DNA of 64,000 bases from an uncultured Oscillospiraceae bacterium (GCA_964577535.1 CAZNZO010000005.1:31433-95432), one strand, 5' to 3'. Numbered from the stretch's first letter, positions 8,173 through 17,874 are shown. Numbers and translations are program-made. Notes: a model not told the origin generated them from the letters alone.

Positions 8173-10035
8173 ATGAAAAAATTTAAGACAGAATCCAAAA
8201 AAGTTTTGGATATTATGATCAACTCCATCTACACAAACAAGGATATTTTCCTGCGCGAACTAATTTCAAACGCCAGCGATGCATTGGATAAACTTGCCTA
8301 CAAAAGTCTGACGGATGGTTCGGGCTTGGATAGGTCGTCTTTGCAAATAACAGTTCGTGCCAACAAAGAAGATGGCACTCTAATCATTTGCGACAACGGC
8401 ATTGGCATGACGGCGGAAGAATTGGAAAACAACCTTGGCACCATTGCCAAAAGCGGCAGCGAAAGTTTCAAAAAGTCGCTAGAAGAAGGCGCCGACGTGG
8501 ACGTTATCGGCCAATTCGGCGTGGGATTTTATTCGGCGTTTATGGTGGCGGAAAACGTGCAAGTTTTGTCGCAAACAAGCGACGGCGTTGCCAACTTGTG
8601 GGTTAGCAACGGTGCTGAAGGCTACGAAATTAGCCCAGCCACAAAGTCGGATGGTAGGGGAACAACCATCACTTTGAAGCTAAAAGCCGATGTCGAAGGG
8701 GAAAACTATTCGGAATATTTGCAAGAATACAAATTGCGCAGCCTAATCAAAAAGTATTCCGACTACATACGCTACCCCATAAAGCTTTGGAGCACCGTTT
8801 CGCACGACGACGATTGCGATTGCGAAGATTGTCAGCACGATCACGAACACGAGCAAAAGCAAGATTGGGTTGTTGTTAACAGCATGACGCCCTTGTGGAA
8901 GCAAAACAAAAAGGACGTTACTGAAGAGCAATACGACGCATTCTATACGGATAATTTCTTTGGCTACGACAAGCCGTTGCACGTAATACACACTTCGGCC
9001 GAAGGCACGGTGGAATACAAAGCTTTGCTTTATATCCCTGCTCACGCCCCCTACAACTACTACCAAAAATCCTTCGAAAAGGGGCTTAAACTTTATACCA
9101 ACGGCGTGCTAATCACCGACCATTGCGCCGATTTGTTGCCCGATTGCTACAGTTTTGTGCAAGGTTTGGTGGATAGTGATTTGACTTTGAACATTTCTCG
9201 CGAAACCATTCAACAAAACCGTCAGCTAAAACTTATTGCCGCCAACGTCGAAAAGAAAATCACGTCGGAACTGGGCAATATGCTCAAAAACGACCGTGAA
9301 ACGTACGAAAAGTTTTGGAAGGAATTTGGCCTGCAATTGAAGTTTGGCCTTTACGATAACTGGGGCGCCAAAAAGGAACAACTAAAAGATTTGGTCTTGT
9401 TCCATTCCGTAAAGAACGACAAACTTATAACGCTTAGGGAATACGTCGAACAACTTGCCGAAGGTCAAGATTCCATCTACTACGCAACTGGCGCAAGCAT
9501 TGCAAGCATAAAAAATCTGCCGCAAGTGGCAAAAGTGCAACAAAAGGGCTTCGACGTGTTGTGCCTAACCGACGACGTGGACGAATTTGCTTTGCGCATT
9601 TTGGCCACCTACGACGAAAAACCATTCAAATCCGTTTCCGACGAAAGTGTGGAAGCTTCCGCCGACGAAAACGCCGATTTGTCTACCTTCATCAAAAACG
9701 CACTTGGCGAAAGCGTTGCAAAAGTTAAGTGTTGTAACAACGGCACCAAACACCCCGTGTGCCTAACCACCGAAGGCGAACTTTCCATCGAAATGGAAAA
9801 GGTGCTAAACAACATGCCCAACGTTGGTGAAAACAAAGTTAACGCAACAAAAGTGTTGCAAATAAACGTGAACCACCCCGTCTACGAAAAACTTAAAACT
9901 TTGCTGGAAACAGACAAAGATAAGTTGACGGATGCCGCCAAAGTGTTGTATCAACAAGCGCGCCTAATCGAAGGCTTGCCGGTAGAAGATGCAACGGAAT
10001 TGGCTGATTTGGTTGCCAAATTCATTGCTCAATAG
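8173..10035 (+). CDS. htpG: Molecular chaperone HtpG (Hsp90)
   Basis: Start placed at ATG 8173 (MKKFKTESKKVLDIMINSIY) after gtgagga. GHKL ATPase motifs ELISNASDALDK and IGQFGVGFYSAFMVA are present. Confidence 0.93.
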   Translation: MKKFKTESKKVLDIMINSIYTNKDIFLRELISNASDALDKLAYKSLTDGSGLDRSSLQITVRANKEDGTLIICDNGIGMTAEELENNLGTIAKSGSESFKKSLEEGADVDVIGQFGVGFYSAFMVAENVQVLSQTSDGVANLWVSNGAEGYEISPATKSDGRGTTITLKLKADVEGENYSEYLQEYKLRSLIKKYSDYIRYPIKLWSTVSHDDDCDCEDCQHDHEHEQKQDWVVVNSMTPLWKQNKKDVTEEQYDAFYTDNFFGYDKPLHVIHTSAEGTVEYKALLYIPAHAPYNYYQKSFEKGLKLYTNGVLITDHCADLLPDCYSFVQGLVDSDLTLNISRETIQQNRQLKLIAANVEKKITSELGNMLKNDRETYEKFWKEFGLQLKFGLYDNWGAKKEQLKDLVLFHSVKNDKLITLREYVEQLAEGQDSIYYATGASIASIKNLPQVAKVQQKGFDVLCLTDDVDEFALRILATYDEKPFKSVSDESVEASADENADLSTFIKNALGESVAKVKCCNNGTKHPVCLTTEGELSIEMEKVLNNMPNVGENKVNATKVLQINVNHPVYEKLKTLLETDKDKLTDAAKVLYQQARLIEGLPVEDATELADLVAKFIAQ

Positions 10036-10043
10036 TTTTGCAA

Positions 10044-10069
10044 AAAGGACGGGTTATCCGCCCTTTTTT
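10044..10069 (+). terminator. Terminator after htpG
   Basis: Hairpin aaaggacggg-ttat-ccgcccttt with one mismatch, followed by a T run. Confidence 0.5.
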
Positions 10070-10300
10070 GTTGCTAAAAAACGGACGGCTGTTTCTGTGC
10101 GACGGCGCTTGGTTTTTTGCGAAAAGGCAAAGAGGCAATTTGCGTTTTGCGCATCCAATTGTCACGGCAGGTTGCCGGCAAACGCTCGCATTTGCCGACG
10201 GTGGCATTGCAATAAACTGTCTAAAATGCAAAAAAATGTAGTTTTGACGCAAAAAACACGGTACGTTGCGCGCAAAAGCAAACGGTTTTCGCTAAAACTA

Positions 10301-10329
10301 TTGAAAAAAATTTAAAAGTGTTGTATTAT
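10301..10329 (+). promoter_or_regulatory. Candidate promoter of the GH13-HAD operon
   Basis: TTGAAA (10301-10306), 17-nt spacer, TATTAT (10324-10329). Confidence 0.45.
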
Positions 10330-10394
10330 GAACTGTGGCAACGGCGCAAGTTGTTGCCGCAAACAAAAATAACAGTTCAAGGAGAATTTTATTT

Positions 10395-11936
10395 ATGCCT
10401 CAATGGCTTAAAAATGCAGTATTCTACGAAATTTATCCTCAAAGCTTTTGCGACACCAACGGCGATGGCATTGGCGATTTGCAAGGTATAATACAAAAAC
10501 TCGATTACGTCAAGTCGCTTGGCTTCAACGCATTGTGGCTGAACCCGTGCTATCTTTCCCCCTTTATGGATGCCGGCTACGACGTGGCCGACTACAAACA
10601 AGTGGCGCCTCGCTATGGCACCAACGAAGATTTGTTCGAGTTGTTCCGTCAAGCGCACAAGCGTGATATGCACGTCATTTTGGATCTTGTTCCCGGCCAC
10701 ACTTCCGACGAACACGAATGGTTCCGCCAAAGCAGATTGCCCGAACGCAACGAATATAGCGACAGATACATTTGGTCCAACAGCGTGTGGGATAGGCCGG
10801 CAGGCTACCTTTGGGTTACCGGCATGGCCGATCGCGACGGAAGCTACATGCTAAACTTCTTCAACAGTCAACCGGCGTTGAACTTTGGCTTCAACGAAAT
10901 AACTCAACCTTCGTGGCAAATTCCCTACACCGATCCGCGCGTTCAAGGCACTTTCGATGCCATTTTGGACGTTATGCGTTTTTGGCTGGATCGCGGCTGT
11001 GATGGTTTCCGTGTGGATATGGCGGATAGTTTGGTAAAAAATGACGAAGAAAAAACCGCCACGGCATCGTTGTGGCGCAGAGCACGCGCAATGTTGGATA
11101 GCGACTATCCCGAAGCAGTTATGGTTTCCGAGTGGTGCAACGCCCCCAGAGCCATCAATATGGCCGGTTTCCACTGCGACTTTTTGCTTAACCACTATCA
11201 AAAAATGACCTACTACGGCTTCCGTTGCCGCAACGAAAAAGGCGAAAACAAAAGTTATTTTTGCAAAACCGCTCACGTTTCCGCAAAGGATATGCTAAGC
11301 AAATATTTGGAAGAACTTGACTTAACAAAAGATAACGGCTACATCAGCGTTATTTCCGGCAACCACGATACCGAACGTATTTCCTACATGTTGGACGAAA
11401 GTGAGTTGCGTTTGGCCTACGTAATGTTGCTAACACTTCCCGGTGTTCCGTTTTTCTACTACGGTGACGAAATTGGCATGCGCTACATTCCGCAAAAATC
11501 CAAAGAAGGCGGATATCACCGCACAGGATCGCGCACACCCATGCAATGGGATAGCACCAAGAAAAACCTGGGCTTTTCCACTGCCGATCAAAAGGATTTG
11601 TATTTGCAGGTGGACGATCAACCCAGCGCACCTTGTGCCGCGCAACAAATTGCAGACGAAAATTCCTTGTGGAATTTGGTGCGCCGCCTAAACCAACTTC
11701 GTGCCGAAAACGTCGATTTGCAAGCCGATGCCGAATTGCAAGTGCTTGTTTGCGACGACAATGGCGCACTGTGCTATCGCAGGGGAAGTTTGGCAGTTGC
11801 GTTCAACCCCACCGACAAAGCCTTGTCCATTCCCGTAACCTTGGGCGAAAAATTGTTGGAAATCGGCTCCGCCACGGCAGAGGGCAAAAACACAAAACTT
11901 GCACCGCAAACGGCGGTTGTATTCAAACTGAAATAA
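10395..11936 (+). CDS. GH13 alpha-glucosidase / oligo-1,6-glucosidase-like enzyme
   Basis: Start placed at ATG 10395 after aaggag. GH13 regions seen: FYEIYPQSF, GFNALWLNP, VILDLVPGHTS, GFRVDMADS, MVSEW, SGNHDTER. Confidence 0.85.
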   Translation: MPQWLKNAVFYEIYPQSFCDTNGDGIGDLQGIIQKLDYVKSLGFNALWLNPCYLSPFMDAGYDVADYKQVAPRYGTNEDLFELFRQAHKRDMHVILDLVPGHTSDEHEWFRQSRLPERNEYSDRYIWSNSVWDRPAGYLWVTGMADRDGSYMLNFFNSQPALNFGFNEITQPSWQIPYTDPRVQGTFDAILDVMRFWLDRGCDGFRVDMADSLVKNDEEKTATASLWRRARAMLDSDYPEAVMVSEWCNAPRAINMAGFHCDFLLNHYQKMTYYGFRCRNEKGENKSYFCKTAHVSAKDMLSKYLEELDLTKDNGYISVISGNHDTERISYMLDESELRLAYVMLLTLPGVPFFYYGDEIGMRYIPQKSKEGGYHRTGSRTPMQWDSTKKNLGFSTADQKDLYLQVDDQPSAPCAAQQIADENSLWNLVRRLNQLRAENVDLQADAELQVLVCDDNGALCYRRGSLAVAFNPTDKALSIPVTLGEKLLEIGSATAEGKNTKLAPQTAVVFKLK

Positions 11937-11954
11937 CATTTTGGAGGTTTTCAC

Positions 11955-12794
11955 ATGTCCAGACCTATTGCTGCAATAATCTACGACTTCGACAACACCC
12001 TTTCCACAAAAGATATGCAAGAATTCACCTTTATTCCTGCATTGGGAATGACGCCGGAAGAATTTTGGCGCCAATGTGACGAAACGTCTCACCAATTGAA
12101 CATGGACCACATTTTGGCCTACATGTATCTTATGGCCAAACACGCAAAAAGCAAAGGCTTGAAGCTTTCTGCCGATACTTTGCGAGAAATGGGCAAAGAC
12201 GTAAAGTTTTTCAGCGGAGTTAAAAGCTGGTTTTCCAGAATAAATGCCTACGGCGACAGTTTGGGACTGGAAGTGCGCCACTACATTATTTCTTGCGGGC
12301 TAAAACCCATGATCGAAGGTTGCGCCGTGGCAAAGGAATTCTATAACATTTTTGCCTGCGACTACGTGTACGACCAAAACGGTGATCCCATTTGGCCGGC
12401 AGTTGCCATCAACTACACTTCCAAAACGCAATTTTTGTATCGCATCAACAAAGGTGTGGAAAACGTTGGCGAACACAAAAAACTTAACATGTATATGCCG
12501 CGCGACGAACGTGTTGTTCCCTTCGAAAACATGATCTACGTTGGTGATGGTTTGACGGACGTGCCCAGCATGAAGCTCACTCGTCAACGCGGTGGCTATG
12601 CAATTGGCGTTTATCGCAAGCCGGAAGATGCAACCTATTTGGTAAACGAAGAACGAGTGGATTTCTACGTGAAGGGCGACTATCGCGAAAACAGCGCAAT
12701 GGATTTGGCCATGAAGGCTATTTTGGAAAAAATTCGTGCCACAAGCCATTTGAACGATCTTTCCCAACGCTCGGTAGATTTGGACGCAAAATAA
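11955..12794 (+). CDS. HAD-superfamily hydrolase
   Basis: 279 aa with RBS ggagg. HAD motif I is IYDFDNTLS (DxDxT) and motif IV-like is YVGDGLTDVP. Confidence 0.7.
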   Translation: MSRPIAAIIYDFDNTLSTKDMQEFTFIPALGMTPEEFWRQCDETSHQLNMDHILAYMYLMAKHAKSKGLKLSADTLREMGKDVKFFSGVKSWFSRINAYGDSLGLEVRHYIISCGLKPMIEGCAVAKEFYNIFACDYVYDQNGDPIWPAVAINYTSKTQFLYRINKGVENVGEHKKLNMYMPRDERVVPFENMIYVGDGLTDVPSMKLTRQRGGYAIGVYRKPEDATYLVNEERVDFYVKGDYRENSAMDLAMKAILEKIRATSHLNDLSQRSVDLDAK

Positions 12795-12809
12795 GTTTCA
12801 ACAAAAAAC

Positions 12810-12838
12810 AGACGGACTGCAAAGTTCGTCTTTTTTTT
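12810..12838 (+). terminator. Rho-independent terminator
   Basis: Stem agacgga / ttcgtct (one G-U pair), loop ctgcaaag, followed by an 8-T run. Confidence 0.7.
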
Positions 12839-12941
12839 GTGCTGCAAAGTTGCCAAAAAACGCCAAAATCCCACAAAAAGTTTGCTTAAATGCGCCACAC
12901 GGCAAGTTATCATTATGTTGAAAAATTGCACGGAGGCAAAA

Positions 12942-13775
12942 ATGTTTAGCAAACGAATTTTAATTTTGCAACAGGACGATGCACGCTTTGCTGCTAAAAA
13001 CAAGGAAGTTTGCGGAATGGTTAAGGCGGTTAACGCAAGGGAAACAACCGTCACTGTTTTTATCACCAACGCAAACGACGTAACTTTTGGCGAGTGGTGG
13101 TTGCTAATTTCTTTCGATGGTGAAGTTGTTGCACGCAGTCTTACGGTTTTTAGCAACCAAACTTTTGTGCTGCCGCTAAAAAGTTTGCAAAACGTAAGTT
13201 GCGTGTTGCTAAAAAAGGAAAACGAAATTCACTTGGTGGCGCACGCTTCGCTGGGCACAAAAAACTTTTGCGCGCAATTGTTTCGCAATGCGCAACTATA
13301 TCTAGAGGAAGACACTCCCTACGAAAAGTTTGTTGCCTCAACGCAAAACTTCTACGACGGTGTGGATGTGCAAAAACTAAAAGCCGATGCCGACGGCCGA
13401 TATAAAAGTGTGGAAGAATATAGTGCGGCGTTCGAACGTTACTACGCTTCCGGCGGCGATGCCAACTACTATCAAACGGTCAAGACGGAAATAGGCAAGG
13501 TTTTTGTGCAATTTCCGCCATACTATCCGCTAATCAAAAAATATCAACATTCATTTTTTGTGCGCATCGATTTTCCCTCGTCGGAAAAATATTTTGTCCT
13601 GGGTGTGTTGCAACAAAACGGAGTGGTGCGCTACATTTGCTACGGTCTGCCTGCCACAAGCCAGCAGCTGAACGATAAGGACTTTGTGTTGGTGGAAAAC
13701 ACTCCCACCGGCTTTTGGATGTTGTTTCAGGATGCCCACACGGGGCAAATAACCACCCTGCCGGAAACGGTGTAG
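12942..13775 (+). CDS. Conserved-looking hypothetical protein (no function assigned)
   Basis: Start placed at ATG 12942 after ggagg. 277 aa with no signal peptide. The C-terminal part (YICYGLPATSQQ...GFWMLFQDAHTGQ) resembles clostridial hypothetical proteins I recall, but I cannot name a family. Confidence 0.5.
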   Translation: MFSKRILILQQDDARFAAKNKEVCGMVKAVNARETTVTVFITNANDVTFGEWWLLISFDGEVVARSLTVFSNQTFVLPLKSLQNVSCVLLKKENEIHLVAHASLGTKNFCAQLFRNAQLYLEEDTPYEKFVASTQNFYDGVDVQKLKADADGRYKSVEEYSAAFERYYASGGDANYYQTVKTEIGKVFVQFPPYYPLIKKYQHSFFVRIDFPSSEKYFVLGVLQQNGVVRYICYGLPATSQQLNDKDFVLVENTPTGFWMLFQDAHTGQITTLPETV

Positions 13776-14331
13776 TTGCCATTGCGGCTTTTGGGCCGGG
13801 TTTTTGCCAAATGGTTTTGTTTAGTTACTTTGCTTGCAAAAAACAGAAACTATGTGTTGCTTGTTCCATAACGTTTTGAAACAAGGTTTACCCGGCGTAA
13901 GCACCGCTTCAAATGGGCATTGTGGTGAGCCGCATTGCAAGGCACACTTGCGCATTCTAAAAAACTGGTTGCAAACTAGCAGAAGTTTGTTTTGTTCATT
14001 GGTTAGTGCGTTTTGGCGTAGGGCAAGCAAATCAATCAATAACAAAGGTGTTGTTCTTTCGTTGCGCTGACATTGTTTTTAGTTGAATGCTTTTTCAAAT
14101 AGCCACAGATTTTGCGTGAAAAGTCTGCTTTTCCACTGCCCGCAAATGTTGCCCCGATGCAAGTGGTGCAAGCCACCCAAAAATGCAACTTGACAAGCGT
14201 TTTGCGGCAAAAAATCAAGGTGCTTGTTGCAAAACGCAGTGCAAACGGCAAAAAAGGGCAATAAGGCCGTGTTAAGGTGGAATTTAGTTGTTCAAAGGTG
14301 GGCGGCTTGGGCGAAAAGTGCCTTAAAAGTG

Positions 14332-14360
14332 TTGCAATTTTACAAAATATGCCGTATAAT
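14332..14360 (+). promoter_or_regulatory. Candidate promoter of the lipoprotein gene
   Basis: TTGCAA (14332-14337), 17-nt spacer, TATAAT (14355-14360). Confidence 0.5.
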
Positions 14361-14367
14361 TAAAGCC

Positions 14368-14384
14368 TATGTAGTATCTACATA
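14368..14384 (+). promoter_or_regulatory. Perfect 7-bp inverted repeat in the 5' UTR, abutting the RBS
   Basis: tatgtag-tat-ctacata, immediately followed by aaggag. Confidence 0.35.
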
Positions 14385-14399
14385 AGGAGTATTGTAACA

Positions 14400-15899
14400 A
14401 TGTTCGGAAAAACATCTTTTAAAAAGTCTATCATTTTGTTTGTGGCTTTGCTTGTTTGCGCAATCTTTGTTTTTGCCGCTTGCACGCCCTCAAATAAATT
14501 CACCCCAGTAACCAAGCCGGAATCTGCCATGGCAGAAGGCAACGGCGGCATTGCCGTTCGCTATGGTGATTACATCTACTACGTGAACGGATATCAAAGT
14601 TCCTATGCGGCAGCTAACGGATATACCAACGATATTCGCACCGGTTCCGTGGTTCGCATCAAAATTGCCGATTTGGAAAAGGTTATCAAAATCAACCTTG
14701 CCGATACCACTTCCACCAAAAGAACGGATGCTATCACAAAGGTTATTGCCGGCAAACCCGAAGAAATCACCACCGAAGCGTTGAAAAACCTTGTTCAAGG
14801 CATTGGCGGTGCGGAAACAGTTGTTCCCAACTTCTACTATAACGGCAACACCACAGATACTTCGTTGAACGGCATCTACATTTTCAACGACAGAATCTAT
14901 CTAACCACTCCCAACAACGAATCGGATATCAACGGCAACTATTTGAACAGTCAATTGGTGCTTGTGAGCTACGATTTGGGCGGCGGCAACATGCAACGTC
15001 ACTTTGTTTTCGAAAGCAACGCACCTGTGCTAAAACTTTCGCAACTTTCCGACGGCACCGTTTGTGCAACCTACGTTTTGGATAGCAAACTTTGCTTTGT
15101 TAAGCTAACCGACAAAGTTGTGGAAGAAGCCACCGTTATCAGCGAAGAAATTTCCTCTTCCAAGTTCAGCGGCGAATACGTTTACTTCTTGGATAAGGAT
15201 GGTTCCATTTGCCAATACGCTATCGGCACAGAAGCTAGCAAAGTTATTGTAGCCAACGAAGTTGAAGAAGGTCACGAAGATCACGACCATGCCAACTCCT
15301 ACACAATCAAATCGGCTAACGGCGCATACGTTTACTACACGGCCAGTCAAGACACAATTTCCAAGTTGTATTGCGCAACTGCAGAAAAATCCAACGTGGT
15401 TGTTCTTAACACTGTTCCCTCTTCCTTCTTTGGTTGGGGCGAAAAAGTTGTTTATACCGCAAGCGTAGCAGAAGAATCCGTTTCCATGTATGGCATTTGG
15501 ATTGTCAGTGGCGACGGCAGCGACAAGACGGAAGTTTTGGATCCCGCTCAAAACGGCAATGCAATCACTTTGAACAAGCTGGAAGGCAACGTTTTGCACT
15601 ACACAACCAACAGCGTTTCCTACACATTGGATCTTTCCAATGCAAACGCAAAACCCGTTGCTTATGCTTATAGCTTGTCCACGTCCGCAACCGGATGGGC
15701 AACACCCGACGTTCTTTCCTTCGATTGGAATGGCGAAAAGATCACCTACGTGTTCACACTTGCTTCTGGCAGTGTTTCCGTTGTTAAGTTCAACGCAGAA
15801 AGAAAGAACAACAACCTTCCCTCTTCGGATAACAAAACCTATTCCTCTTCCACTACAATCACTTTGACAGTTGTGGAAAGCACCGAAAAGGACAACTAA
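14400..15899 (+). CDS. Lipoprotein with beta-propeller-like repeats (DUF5050-like)
   Basis: Signal peptide plus lipobox (VFAAC). Recurrent aromatic strand motifs: GDYIYYVNGY, DRIYLTT, GEYVYFLD, GAYVYYTA, EKVVYTA, NVLHYTT. Confidence 0.7.
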   Translation: MFGKTSFKKSIILFVALLVCAIFVFAACTPSNKFTPVTKPESAMAEGNGGIAVRYGDYIYYVNGYQSSYAAANGYTNDIRTGSVVRIKIADLEKVIKINLADTTSTKRTDAITKVIAGKPEEITTEALKNLVQGIGGAETVVPNFYYNGNTTDTSLNGIYIFNDRIYLTTPNNESDINGNYLNSQLVLVSYDLGGGNMQRHFVFESNAPVLKLSQLSDGTVCATYVLDSKLCFVKLTDKVVEEATVISEEISSSKFSGEYVYFLDKDGSICQYAIGTEASKVIVANEVEEGHEDHDHANSYTIKSANGAYVYYTASQDTISKLYCATAEKSNVVVLNTVPSSFFGWGEKVVYTASVAEESVSMYGIWIVSGDGSDKTEVLDPAQNGNAITLNKLEGNVLHYTTNSVSYTLDLSNANAKPVAYAYSLSTSATGWATPDVLSFDWNGEKITYVFTLASGSVSVVKFNAERKNNNLPSSDNKTYSSSTTITLTVVESTEKDN

Positions 15900-15914
15900 T
15901 TTAAATGCAAAAAC

Positions 15915-15945
15915 AGAGCAATGCTTTTTGGCATTGCTCTTTTTG
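15915..15945 (+). terminator. Rho-independent terminator
   Basis: Perfect 10-bp stem agagcaatgc / gcattgctct, loop tttttg, followed by a T run. Confidence 0.8.
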
Positions 15946-16184
15946 TTTGCAAAAAAGCGTTTGTGTGCTAAAATAGTGGCACAACCCAATAATTTCGGGT
16001 GCGCGCGCCGCATTATTGCGGAAAAGTCGTGGCGCGTTTTGTGGGGAAACAATGTGCAAATCATTGACAGTCCCGCTACGGTAAGTGCAAAAAAGCAACA
16101 AGTCCGAATGCCCAACCGAAATTTTTCAGAGCATTTCTTCGATGTAAAGAAACGGCTGTTTTTTGTTTTGCGCAAAAAACGTTT

Positions 16185-16208
16185 GCCGTCCACGAGGGCG
16201 GCTTTTTT
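16185..16208 (+). terminator. Terminator-like hairpin inside the leader of the 16286 gene (possible attenuator)
   Basis: gccgtcc-acga-gggcggc (one mismatch) followed by tttttt, about 80 nt upstream of the start codon. Confidence 0.4.
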
Positions 16209-16285
16209 CGTTGCAGAAACGGTTGAAAAATATTTTGTTCGGTGCGCTCTGTCGAATTTCGACAAAAGTCGAAAAGGAGGAAACT

Positions 16286-16795
16286 ATGCAAAAAAGACTG
16301 CTGACGTGGATTTTAGCTGTCGTGATGATTGCCGTTTCGGTGTGCTGCGTTGCTTGCACGGAAAAACCCAGTGTAACAACGCTTGAAAATTTGGAATTGC
16401 CCAAACTTTCCGAAAACGAAATGGTGGTCGTGGAAAAAGTGGGGGACAAAGAATATAAGTATTTTGTCATTCCCCTAAACGGAACGGAAGGGGAAGGTCT
16501 TTCGGAAAAAAGCACGCTACTAGACGTGTTGGAATTCATCCAAAAGGAATTTGGCGTAACGCTGGAACTTTCCTATGGACTCATCAACAAGTTCGATCAA
16601 CTTCCCAGTCCCGGCGCCACAAACGAATACGTGTATCTTTATACTTCGGTAGAAAAGGATTTTGACACAAGCGCCTGGGCAACAACCTTCGATTGCGACG
16701 GCACAAAAGTTTGCACCAGTGCAGTTGGTTGCGCAGAAATGAGCGTTCAAAAAGGTTGCGTCATCTATATTGCAACCATAGTTTACAACGGTTAA
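16286..16795 (+). CDS. Small lipoprotein, tentatively DUF4430-like
   Basis: Start placed at ATG 16286 after aaaggagg. Lipobox VACT (CVACTEKPS). The family assignment rests on the overall pattern only and is weak. Confidence 0.55.
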   Translation: MQKRLLTWILAVVMIAVSVCCVACTEKPSVTTLENLELPKLSENEMVVVEKVGDKEYKYFVIPLNGTEGEGLSEKSTLLDVLEFIQKEFGVTLELSYGLINKFDQLPSPGATNEYVYLYTSVEKDFDTSAWATTFDCDGTKVCTSAVGCAEMSVQKGCVIYIATIVYNG

Positions 16796-16796
16796 A

Positions 16797-17441
16797 ATGA
16801 CTAAACAAAAAAACAAAACTAAAAACGTTGCCTTGCGTCTGTGCGTAACAGCCATGTATGCGGCACTGCTTGTGGGCGGCAAGGAAGCAATCGCAGCCAT
16901 TCCAAACGTGGAAGTGGTAACTATTATCATTGCCAGTTGCGCCTTCGTGTGGGGGCCGTCGGTGGTGGTGCCGGCAGTTTTTGCCTTTATTGCGCTAGAC
17001 ATGGCAATCTATAACGTGGGAACGTGGATAATATCCTACGTGGTGCACTGGAACGTGGTTGCGCTGTGCTTTTGCTTGCTTGGCAAAATTGTCAAGAAAA
17101 AGTGGAGCACCGTTGTTTTTGCTACGTTAATTGCCGTTGTGCTAACGGCGCTGTTCGGAGTGCTAACTTCGGCAGTGGACACGGTGATAGGCTATGCCAA
17201 CGGCGGATTCTTTGTGGATTTTTCGCAATTTGCTGCGCGTTTTGCGGCAGTATACGTTGCGGGAGTTTCTTTCTATGCCGTGCACGTTGCTTGCAACGCA
17301 GTGTTGTTCCCGGTGGCGTTCTATCCGCTAGTTATGTTGTTCAAAAAAGCAAAATTCAAAATGTTCGACAGTTTGGAACAGACAAATTGCGACGAGCTCA
17401 AAAACACGCCGACTACGTCAAACCAAACAGAAGAGCAGTAG
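16797..17441 (+). CDS. Polytopic membrane protein, ECF-transporter S-component-like
   Basis: 214 aa with about 5-6 hydrophobic helices. It begins 1 nt after the stop of the upstream lipoprotein gene. The family call is tentative. Confidence 0.5.
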   Translation: MTKQKNKTKNVALRLCVTAMYAALLVGGKEAIAAIPNVEVVTIIIASCAFVWGPSVVVPAVFAFIALDMAIYNVGTWIISYVVHWNVVALCFCLLGKIVKKKWSTVVFATLIAVVLTALFGVLTSAVDTVIGYANGGFFVDFSQFAARFAAVYVAGVSFYAVHVACNAVLFPVAFYPLVMLFKKAKFKMFDSLEQTNCDELKNTPTTSNQTEEQ

Positions 17442-17529
17442 CCTTTGTTTACGCTTGGCCTTGCAACGTTGTTGCAGGGCCTTTTGCTGTTTTTTGCGCC
17501 ATATAGTTTTTGCGTTGTCGTGCAACAAG

Positions 17530-17558
17530 TTGACAAAGCCAACACAATAAAATATAAT
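17530..17558 (+). promoter_or_regulatory. Sigma-A type promoter upstream of proS
   Basis: TTGACA (17530-17535), 17-nt spacer, TATAAT (17553-17558). Confidence 0.6.
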
Positions 17559-17564
17559 ATAGGC

Positions 17565-17874
17565 AGTTTCAGCTTTGCTTGCAAAAAGCAGAAAACTTGC
17601 CAATGTGCATGCCAGAAGTGCAAAAACAATGGTTTTGCAAAGATTTTGCCCAATGGAAAAAGATGGGCTTTATGTGGTTTGCAACATCAAAAGTCAAAAA
17701 ACTGTTTTGCAAGGTTTTTCACTTTGAAATATTGCATGGTGCAAAGTGTATTTTGGCGCCCGAATGCAAGAAAAATTTTCAACACACTGCTTTGCATAAA
17801 GCATAAATATATTTTTCGCAGTGATGCTAGTATGGTTGGCCGCGCACTTGGCCAATTTGGTTAGGAGATTAGTT
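17565..17874 (+). promoter_or_regulatory. Long structured proS leader; possible T-box-type element (unconfirmed)
   Basis: About 310 nt lie between the promoter and the ATG. Hairpins include gccca..ugggc and ugcuuu..aaagca. The 3' segment uaUGGUuggCCGCGcacuuggccaa only loosely resembles the T-box core; hairpin ttggcc/ggccaa lies next to the RBS. Confidence 0.3.

Noticed and set aside
15105-16265. 386-aa - strand ORF overlapping the lipoprotein gene 3' half, its terminator and the next leader
   Set aside because: It crosses a strong terminator hairpin and an intergenic region, and it is antisense to a gene with signal peptide and RBS. No motifs were recognised.
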